This document shows, in pieces, positions 26,450-34,870 of a stretch of 38,466 bases of DNA. The stretch's first letter is position 1, and every line of letters begins with the position of its first letter. Position numbers and translations under genes: made by a program. Under the pieces are notes generated by a model. That model made no database searches, was not told the DNA's origin, and worked only from the letters and a program-made list of their open reading frames with translations. The stretch is from Polyangiales bacterium (GTDB lineage: Bacteria > Myxococcota_A > Polyangia > Polyangiales > DASUME01): NCBI GenBank assembly GCA_040508235.1, contig JBEVNG010000011.1:1-38466 (forward strand), written 5' to 3'.

Positions 26450-27373
26450 GTGCTCGACACCTCCTCGCTGCCGCCCGCCGACCACATCGACCCACCGATT
26501 ACGCTGGTGAACACCTCGCGCCAGCCACGCCGCATCGACGCCTGGGCGTTGGCGCTGACGGCGGAGGGCGTCTCGTCGGTGTTGAACGTCGGCGAGGATG
26601 GCCTGGAGCTGCACGTGGCGCCGCACCAGGTGGCCTTCGCGCGCCGGGTGGCGGATGCGGTCGACGCGGAAGAGCGCGAGACCCATCGTGCGCACGCGGT
26701 GGACACCACGCCGTTGCCAGTGTCGAAGCACGGCGCGACCGGTGCGGTGCTGGTGGCGTTCCTGCTGCTGGCATTCTTCGCGGTGACTGGTCCGCGCGCG
26801 GGCGGCTCGGAGTGGTTCACGGCCGGCGCGTCCGACGCGGAGCGCGTGCTGCACGGCGAGTGGTGGCGCGCGATCACCGCGCTCTCGCTGCACGCCGATG
26901 GTGGACACGTGCTGTCGAACGTGGGCCTCGGCACGCTGGTAGTCGGCGCGGTGATGCGCTCGGAGGGCGTGGGCTTCGGCGCCGCGCTGGTGCTCGCCGC
27001 CGGCACCGCGGGCAACCTGATCAACGCCTGGGCGCACCAGTCGCTGCACAGCTCGGTGGGCTTCTCCACCGCGGTGTTCGCGGCGATCGGCTTGCTCGGC
27101 GGCATCGCGTACGTGCAAGCGCGGCGACGCATCCGGCGCATGCGCCCTGCATGGACCGCGCTCGCCGGCACGCTCGCGCTGCTGGCGCTGCTCGGCACCA
27201 GCGAGAAGAGCAACGTCGATATGCTCGCGCACGTGTTCGGCGCCGTCGCGGGTGTGGGCCTCGGCGTGCTCACCACGTCGCTGCGCTGGCGTCCCGGCAC
27301 CGCGGGCCAGTGGCTCGCGGGCCTGGGCAGCGCCGCCGCCGTGCTCGGCGCGTGGGTGATCGCGCTGGGCTGA
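26450..27373 (+). CDS. Rhomboid family intramembrane serine protease
   Basis: It has GEWWRAITALSLHADGGHVLSN (WR...H..N), the catalytic Ser context SSVGFSTAVFAAIG and the catalytic His context LAHVFGAVAGVGLG. The start is uncertain: GTG 26450 has AGGGA about 10 nt upstream, and TTG 26360 is the alternative. Confidence 0.85.
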   Translation: MLDTSSLPPADHIDPPITLVNTSRQPRRIDAWALALTAEGVSSVLNVGEDGLELHVAPHQVAFARRVADAVDAEERETHRAHAVDTTPLPVSKHGATGAVLVAFLLLAFFAVTGPRAGGSEWFTAGASDAERVLHGEWWRAITALSLHADGGHVLSNVGLGTLVVGAVMRSEGVGFGAALVLAAGTAGNLINAWAHQSLHSSVGFSTAVFAAIGLLGGIAYVQARRRIRRMRPAWTALAGTLALLALLGTSEKSNVDMLAHVFGAVAGVGLGVLTTSLRWRPGTAGQWLAGLGSAAAVLGAWVIALG

Positions 27374-27385
27374 TCGGCGCGCGCG

Positions 27386-27589
27386 GTGATCCAAGGCCGC
27401 GATCGAGGCGTACTACGAGCAAGTCTCGAGCGCGCGGGCTTTTTCGATGCGGAGCTCGCGTTCGTCCGCAGCGCCAGCGAAGCCGCCTTGGAGGTCTTCG
27501 AGCTGGAGCGCACGCACCTCGCGCGCGCTCTCGTCCTGATGGACGAGTATCGCGACCTGCCCATGGATCTCGCCGCTGTGACCCGGTGA
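27386..27589 (+). pseudogene. Short ORF, possibly a degenerate fragment of a PIN-domain (VapC-like) toxin
   Basis: This is a 67-aa GTG ORF. The C-terminal ...ARALVLMDEYRDLPMDLAAVTR* resembles the A..l...Y.D.p.dLADas segment of VapC toxins, but it stops before the last acidic residue. No N-terminal PIN Asp region and no antitoxin gene is present. GC3 is high only in the distal two thirds. Confidence 0.25.
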
Positions 27590-27592
27590 GGC

Positions 27593-27621
27593 TTGGTCGC
27601 GGGGCAAGCGCGCGGTATAGC
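27593..27621 (+). promoter_or_regulatory. Sigma70-type promoter candidate that predicts a leaderless mRNA for the ThuA lipoprotein gene
   Basis: TTGGTC is at 27593-27598, followed by a 17-nt spacer and TATAGC at 27616-27621. Six nt later is ATG 27628. The -10 hexamer and offset are the same as at 25485. Confidence 0.5.
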
Positions 27622-27627
27622 GAGCGC

Positions 27628-29118
27628 ATGGGGCGGCTCGGACCGATCTTGTTTTGCGCCGTGTTGTGCGCGTGCTCGGACGACGCGCCCGCGCGTGAGT
27701 CGCTCGATGGGGCGGTCGACGCACGAGTCGAAGCACGGGTGGACGCGTCGCTGGATGCCGCCCTCGATGCGTGGGCGCCGCGCGAGGATGCACACGTCGA
27801 TGCGGACGTGGCCGCGGACGCGAGCGCTCCGGGGCCGCTGCGCGTGCTGGTGTTCACGCGCACGCTCGGCTTTCGGCACGACTCGATCCCCGCTTCGATC
27901 ACCGCGCTGCAAGGGCTCGCGAGCGAACACCACTGGCAGGTGACCGCGAGCGAGGACCCGGCCGTGTTCAGCGACGCTGGGCTCGCGCCGTACGACGTGA
28001 TCGCGTTCGTCTCCACCTCGGGTGACATCCTCGACGCCTCGCAGCAGGACGCGCTGGAGCGCTTCGTGCGCGGCGGCAAGGGCTGGGTCGGTGTGCACGC
28101 AGCGTCCGACACCGAGTACGACTGGCCCTGGTACGGCGGCCTGGTCGGCGCGTTCTTTCAGGTGCACCCCGCGATCCAGCCGGCGACGCTGCGTGTCGAG
28201 CGCACGTCGCACCTCGCCTCGCGCGGCTTGCCCGCGACGTGGCAGCGCACGGACGAGTGGTACAGCTTCCGCACCAACCCGCGCGCCGACCTGCAGGTGC
28301 TGCTCTCGCTCGACGAGGACAGCTACCAGGCGGACCCCGGCCGCATGGGAGATCATCCGGTCGCCTGGTACCACCACTACGAGGGCGGTCGCGCGTTCTA
28401 CAGCGCGCTGGGGCACACCATCGAGAGCTGGTCCGAGCCGGCCTTCCTCTCGCACATCGCGGGCGCGATCGACTGGGCGGGGGGCGAGGAAGTCGCGCTG
28501 GTCGCCGACTTCGAGGGCGCCTCGGTGCCCCCGTGGCAAGCACACACGCTGGCGGGTGGCTTCGACTACGAAGTCCAGGCAGACGCGCTGCGCATGACCG
28601 ATCGCAACGGCGCCAACCAGCACCTCGTGCGCGCCGGCGTGGCGGTGGATGCGCAGCGACCGTACGCGCTGGAGGCGCTGTTCACGGTCACCAGCACGGA
28701 CCCAAGCGGCCTCAACTCGTTCTGCTTCAACCTCAACGTCGCGGGCAGCGACCTGTCGCCGCCGAGCACGTGGGCCAGCAACGTCGACTTCAATCCCACC
28801 CCGCCCGGCGCGGTCATGAAGCACATGGGCTTCGTGAACGGCGCGTTCGGCGCCCTGGGAGAGACCGTGACCACGTGGGGCGCGCGCGGCACGGAGTACC
28901 TGCTGCGCAGCGAGGTCGGCGTGCGGCTCGATGGAACGCGCGCGCCGAGCTTCGTCACCAACACCGTGCGCGAGCGCGGCGTGATCCGCGAGCGCTTCGA
29001 GGTCGACTACGCCAGCTTCGCGTACCAGCCGAATCGGATGCTTCCTGTCCGCATCGGCGTGAACACGCACGGCACCGACTGGGCCATGCGCAGCTTCCGC
29101 GCCCACTACCTCGATTGA
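27628..29118 (+). CDS. ThuA-domain lipoprotein with a C-terminal jelly-roll-like domain
   Basis: Track ORF 26812..29118 was trimmed to ATG 27628. The protein begins MGRLGPILFCAVLCAC-SDD, followed by an Asp/Ala-rich linker. ThuA signatures are RVLVFTRTLGFRHDSIPA, YDVIAFVSTSGD, GWVGVHAASDT and HPVAWYHHYEGGRAFYSALGH. An extra domain of about 200 aa follows. Confidence 0.88.
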   Translation: MGRLGPILFCAVLCACSDDAPARESLDGAVDARVEARVDASLDAALDAWAPREDAHVDADVAADASAPGPLRVLVFTRTLGFRHDSIPASITALQGLASEHHWQVTASEDPAVFSDAGLAPYDVIAFVSTSGDILDASQQDALERFVRGGKGWVGVHAASDTEYDWPWYGGLVGAFFQVHPAIQPATLRVERTSHLASRGLPATWQRTDEWYSFRTNPRADLQVLLSLDEDSYQADPGRMGDHPVAWYHHYEGGRAFYSALGHTIESWSEPAFLSHIAGAIDWAGGEEVALVADFEGASVPPWQAHTLAGGFDYEVQADALRMTDRNGANQHLVRAGVAVDAQRPYALEALFTVTSTDPSGLNSFCFNLNVAGSDLSPPSTWASNVDFNPTPPGAVMKHMGFVNGAFGALGETVTTWGARGTEYLLRSEVGVRLDGTRAPSFVTNTVRERGVIRERFEVDYASFAYQPNRMLPVRIGVNTHGTDWAMRSFRAHYLD

Positions 29119-29158
29119 CCACCCCGGCGTGCGCGTGGTAGCTCGCTAATCAACACAT

Positions 29159-30208
29159 ATGTTGACTAAGCGCTATCGGGTGATCCAGTGGGCGACCGGC
29201 AAGGTCGGGCGCGTCGCGATCCGGCACTTCGCCAGCAACCCGACCTTCGAGCTGGTGGGCGTGCTGGTGACGAACCCGAAGAAGGTGGGCAAGGACGCGG
29301 GCGAGCTCGCGGGCATCGCGCCAACCGGCGTGCTCGCGACCGACGACGTCGAGGCGATCGTCGCGCTGGAGGCGGACTGCGTGCACTTCTCGCCGCTGAA
29401 GCAGGACGTCGACGTGATCTGTCGGCTGCTGCGCTCCGGCAAGAACGTGGTGGGAGCGATCGGCCCCTGGTATCGCACGGAGCTGTACCGCGCGGACATC
29501 GAGCGCATCGAGGCCGCGTGTCGCGATGGCGGCACGTCGTTTCATGGCTCGGGTATTCATCCGGGCTTCGCGGGCGACATCCTGCCCCTGACGCTTACGC
29601 GCCTGATGAGCCGCGTCGATCGCATCCACATCACGGAGACCATCGACCACCTGGCCAATCCCTCGAAGTGGATCCGCTACATGGGCTTCGGTCGCGCACC
29701 CGAGGACGTGCGCCAGAACCCGAGCCGGCCCGCGGATGCGCACCTGATCTTCTCGCCCTCGATGCACATGCTCGCGGAGGGCCTGGGCAAGAAGATCGAC
29801 GACGTCACCTCCGAGATCCAGCTGAGCACGGCCACGCGCGACATCCCCTACGGCGATGACGTGATCCGCGCCGGCACGGTGGCGGGTCAGGAGTACGTCT
29901 GGACCGCGTGGTCCGAGGGGCGGCCGCTGATCGTGTTCCAGTCGTCGTGGAAGATGGGCGACGAGCACGTGGAGCCGCCGATCGCGGGCCAGAGCGGCTA
30001 CCGCATCGTGTTCCACGGCGACCCACCCATGGAGCTGACGCTGACCGGCCTCGCCGAGCGCAACGGGCAGCCGATGTTCCTCGCCATCCCCTGGACCGCC
30101 ATGGCCGGCGTCACCGCCATCCCCGACGTCTGCGACGCACCTCCCGGCGTGCTCACGCACCTCGACCTCGGCGTGGTCCGCCCGCGCGGGCTGGTGCGCG
30201 GAAGCTAG
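29159..30208 (+). CDS. NAD(P)-binding oxidoreductase, dihydrodipicolinate reductase-like / amine dehydrogenase-like family
   Basis: The N-terminal Rossmann segment is YRVIQWATGKVGRVAIRH, followed by FELVGVLV. It is 349 aa and resembles the roughly 350-aa DapB-N-domain proteins of GC-rich bacteria. Confidence 0.8.
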   Translation: MLTKRYRVIQWATGKVGRVAIRHFASNPTFELVGVLVTNPKKVGKDAGELAGIAPTGVLATDDVEAIVALEADCVHFSPLKQDVDVICRLLRSGKNVVGAIGPWYRTELYRADIERIEAACRDGGTSFHGSGIHPGFAGDILPLTLTRLMSRVDRIHITETIDHLANPSKWIRYMGFGRAPEDVRQNPSRPADAHLIFSPSMHMLAEGLGKKIDDVTSEIQLSTATRDIPYGDDVIRAGTVAGQEYVWTAWSEGRPLIVFQSSWKMGDEHVEPPIAGQSGYRIVFHGDPPMELTLTGLAERNGQPMFLAIPWTAMAGVTAIPDVCDAPPGVLTHLDLGVVRPRGLVRGS

Positions 30209-30867
30209 AGAGCCGCGCGTACGGGTTCGCGGCCGCCGAGCGTTTGATGGAGCACGCGCGCGTAGTCTTCGTGGAACACCACGTGGCGGCGCTCGCGCTT
30301 GCGCTCGTCGGCGACGCGCGCTTGAAGCTGCGCCTTGATGCGCTGCTGTTCCTGCATGCGTCGCACGTAGGCGTGCTGCGCGACGGGCGGCAGCAGGGCG
30401 GTCCGGAGCTGCAGGTCGTTGTAGGTCGCCAGGCACTGAGCGAGCGCCTGGTGCAAGTCCTGGTGGCGGATGCAGAGGCGGGCACGCAGCGGGGCGTCGA
30501 TCACCTGGCGTTGCGCGAGCGTGACCTCCACGCTCGCCAGCGCCGCGTCGAAGCGCTCCTTCATGAGCTGCGCGAACGCGAACTTCGCGTGCAGGTCGGC
30601 CAGCGCATAACGCCGCGCCTCGGCCTCCGCATCATGCCGCGACGCGAACCAGGCGCCGACCGCCTGCGCGCAGCGCTTCACCACCCCCTCCGCCACCACG
30701 CCACCCGGCGGAAACCCGGTCCGATACGTGACGTACGCCCTGGCCACCGCGCCCGCGACGTCGGCCACCTTGCCGCTCGCGATCGCCGCGGCCACCAGCT
30801 GCAGCTCCTCCCGGTGCGCTCGGAGGAACCCCCAAACCGCTTCGATCTCCCGCTGCCGCAGGTCCAT
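30205..30867 (-). CDS. Hypothetical all-helical protein
   Basis: Track ORF 30205..30897 has a TTG start and was trimmed to ATG 30867 (MDLRQREIEAVWGFL). It has high GC3 and no recognisable motif. Its stop overlaps the convergent gene's stop within CTAG. Confidence 0.65.
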   Translation of the reverse strand: MDLRQREIEAVWGFLRAHREELQLVAAAIASGKVADVAGAVARAYVTYRTGFPPGGVVAEGVVKRCAQAVGAWFASRHDAEAEARRYALADLHAKFAFAQLMKERFDAALASVEVTLAQRQVIDAPLRARLCIRHQDLHQALAQCLATYNDLQLRTALLPPVAQHAYVRRMQEQQRIKAQLQARVADERKRERRHVVFHEDYARVLHQTLGGREPVRAAL

Positions 30868-30874
30868 GCCCGCG

Positions 30875-30902
30875 ACTCTACCAGCCGTTCGGCGCAAGCC
30901 AA
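30875..30902 (-). promoter_or_regulatory. Sigma70-type promoter candidate that predicts a leaderless mRNA for the 30867 gene
   Basis: The minus strand reads TTGGCT, then 16 nt, then TAGAGT, then 7 nt, then ATG at 30867. Confidence 0.4.
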
Positions 30903-30947
30903 GAAGTAGCTTGCGCGGTCCACGCGCGAGCCACTACGGATCGGATC

Positions 30948-31430
30948 ATGGCATCCATCACCGATCTGGAAGTGCGGCGCGCCGGGCCAGAGGACGTGGC
31001 GCTGCTCGCGACGCTGAACGAGCACGTGCATGCGCCGCATGTGAACGCGGAGCCCGACGTGTATCGCACGAGCGACGAGGCCGAGCTTCGTGAAGTCTAC
31101 GCTTCGCGGCTGGTCGATCCGGACGTGGTGATCTTCATCGCGAGCGCGGAGCAGCCGCTCGGCTTCGCCCTCACCGTGCACATGCGTGCGCCGCGCAACG
31201 CGTTCTCGCCCGCGCGCGAGAGACTGCTGCTGGATACGATCGCCGTCGACCCAGCCGCCCGTCGCCGCGGCGTGGGGCGCGCGCTGATGCACGCCACCGA
31301 ACGACATGCGCGCGAGCTCGGCCTACGCAGCGTGCAGCTCGACGTGCGCGCGTTCAACAGCGAGGCCATACGCTTCTACGAGGCGCTCGGCTACCTGCCC
31401 GTGCAGCACCGCTACGAGCGCAAGCTCTAG
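30948..31430 (+). CDS. GNAT family N-acetyltransferase
   Basis: It is 160 aa. Motif A is IAVDPAARRRGVGRALM, and the C-terminal segment is NSEAIRFYEALGY. Confidence 0.9.
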   Translation: MASITDLEVRRAGPEDVALLATLNEHVHAPHVNAEPDVYRTSDEAELREVYASRLVDPDVVIFIASAEQPLGFALTVHMRAPRNAFSPARERLLLDTIAVDPAARRRGVGRALMHATERHARELGLRSVQLDVRAFNSEAIRFYEALGYLPVQHRYERKL

Positions 31431-31472
31431 AATCTAGGCGAGGCGCGCGAGCAGGGCGCGGGCCTCCGTGTG

Positions 31473-31598
31473 TCACTCGGTGTCGTCGCCGTTTTCGTCC
31501 CACAGCTCGCGTAAGCTCGGAGCTCTCGTAGACGCGCTGGAGGAGAGCCAGTCCCCTGCCGCGTCGTTGTCGAATGGTCCGTGTCCCCATGCGCCCAT
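31473..31598 (-). CDS. 41-aa ORF with a DUF4259-like N-terminus, possibly a gene remnant
   Basis: It is not on the track because it is under 60 aa. The minus strand from ATG 31598 reads MGAWGHGPFDNDAAGDWLSSSASTRAPSLRELWDENGDDTE*. MG.WG.GPFDND.A.D(W/F)L is the N-terminal signature I recall for DUF4259 proteins, which are normally about 130 aa. Confidence 0.35.
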   Translation of the reverse strand: MGAWGHGPFDNDAAGDWLSSSASTRAPSLRELWDENGDDTE

Positions 31599-31671
31599 GC
31601 GCCGAAACATAGCGAGACCTCGATCGAACCGCGAGCGACGAGTTGATGACGCCGTGGCGTTAACCCCGACT

Positions 31672-33228
31672 CTACGGCTTGCCGCCGCCCATCATGCCCA
31701 TGGTGGAGGCGTGCTGGAGGAACGTGTCGTCTTGGGGGCTGCGCTGGTTCGTGCGCAGGTACGTGATCAAAGCCGCGCGCGCCTCGGCATCGAGCTGACG
31801 GCTCTCGGGGGGAGGCATCGCACCGGGTGCGTGTGGGTCACGCTGCAGGCGGTCGAGCGCGACATCGAGCTCCTGGCGGGACATTCGGTCGAGCGCGACG
31901 TTGAAGCGCGCGCGTGTGATCGTCTGATCGAGCACGTCGTTGTGGCAGCTTGCGCAGACCTGCACGAGTGCCTGGGGGGCGGTGGCGCCGGGCTCGTTCT
32001 GCAGCCCGATCTTGGCGCGCGTCAGCGGGTCGTCCGGGAAGATGTCGGCGAGGTCGGGCAGCTCGTCGGCGCTCAGCTCGCCGTTGCGGTAGCGCTGGTA
32101 GGCCTCGCTGAGCGCGGCCTGCTTGGCGGGATCGGTGGGGCGCGGATCGAAGTGCGGCATCGCGAGCTGCTCACCGCGCTTGAACGCCTCGTAGCTGGCT
32201 TCCCAGGTGCGGCTCACGTTCGGTCCGAGGTAGCGCCCGGTGGCCTCCTCCAGCGGCCAGCGCTCCTCTTCGATCCGGGGCGCGTCGAACAACACGGGCT
32301 GGTCGCGGTTGACCAGGTTCTGCAGCAGCACGCCGAACGTGTGGCGCAGCGTGTACGCGGCCAGGCCTGCGTAGCTCTCGTCGCCCTTGGCGCGGTTGTA
32401 GTCGCGCACCAGATCGAGGCCGCGTACGCCGGGCAGCGAGCCGGTCTCGTAGCTGGGCGAGTCGAGCTCGAAGAAGTGCGTCCACGGCGCCTCCAGCTCG
32501 CGCATCAACAACATCGGCGTCTCGCGCCCACGCTGGTGGCACTGGCGGCAGTCGAATGTGGTGTTCTTCAGCTCCTCCGCGTCGCGGATGTGCACGCGCA
32601 GCCAGTCCGACTCGATGCGCGGCGTGTACAGATCGCCAGGCTTGCAGCCGGTGGCGTTGCAGGCTTGCTCGAACTCCAGCAGGTAGAAGTTGAGCTGCGA
32701 GAGGTCGCGTCGGAAGGCGACGATCTCCACCAGCTGCACACCGCGCTGGAACGTCATCACGCTGCTCTTGCCCAGCACGATGGCGCGCGGGTTGATCGGC
32801 GACACCAGCCTGCCCGAGAGCGCGGTGGAGTGACCCATGAACACCGCGACGTCGACGATGGTGTTCGGGTCTTCGAGCGCGTAGCCAGCGTCCGAATACG
32901 AGGTGGCCTCGGCGACGCGGATCGAGCCGTTCACGCCGAGCTGATCTTGCAGCTCGCGCAGGCGCGTGATGCGGGGTGCGCTGTCGCCGCAGAAGAGGTC
33001 GCGTACGGCATCCTCGCCGGGGCGCGCGCAGAAGCCGGGCTTCCGGTAGTCGCTCGAGGGCGTGGTCGCGTCGCGCGCTGGTGGAAGATTCGCGTCCAGC
33101 GGCAGCTCGTCCACCTCGTCCAGCTTGATGTGGCCGGCATCGAGCGCACCGGCGTCGACGCTCTCGGTCACTCCGTCCGAGCACGCGAACAAACCCACGA
33201 AAGCAAGCGCAAGGCGACGCACCCGCAC
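31672..33228 (-). CDS. Lipoprotein with two CxxCH motifs (putative c-type heme-binding protein)
   Basis: It has a GTG start at 33228 with GAGGG upstream. The protein begins (M)RVRRLALAFVGLFAC-SDG. CRQCH occupies residues 227-231 and CASCH residues 425-429. The second motif is followed by GAMPPPESRQLDAEARAALITYL, as in the monooxygenase N-terminal modules. Confidence 0.8.
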   Translation of the reverse strand: MRVRRLALAFVGLFACSDGVTESVDAGALDAGHIKLDEVDELPLDANLPPARDATTPSSDYRKPGFCARPGEDAVRDLFCGDSAPRITRLRELQDQLGVNGSIRVAEATSYSDAGYALEDPNTIVDVAVFMGHSTALSGRLVSPINPRAIVLGKSSVMTFQRGVQLVEIVAFRRDLSQLNFYLLEFEQACNATGCKPGDLYTPRIESDWLRVHIRDAEELKNTTFDCRQCHQRGRETPMLLMRELEAPWTHFFELDSPSYETGSLPGVRGLDLVRDYNRAKGDESYAGLAAYTLRHTFGVLLQNLVNRDQPVLFDAPRIEEERWPLEEATGRYLGPNVSRTWEASYEAFKRGEQLAMPHFDPRPTDPAKQAALSEAYQRYRNGELSADELPDLADIFPDDPLTRAKIGLQNEPGATAPQALVQVCASCHNDVLDQTITRARFNVALDRMSRQELDVALDRLQRDPHAPGAMPPPESRQLDAEARAALITYLRTNQRSPQDDTFLQHASTMGMMGGGKP

Positions 33229-33267
33229 ACGACTACCCTCGCGAGCGAGCGCTGTCCAGCGTGCTGT

Positions 33268-34839
<1,572 letters not shown>

Positions 34840-34870
34840 GGCTCGCTCCTCGCGCGCTGACCAGCAAGCG

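Noticed and set aside
26395-29106. 903-aa minus-strand ORF
   Set aside because: It is antisense to the rhomboid protease and ThuA lipoprotein genes. It has no motifs and an Arg/Ala-rich translation.
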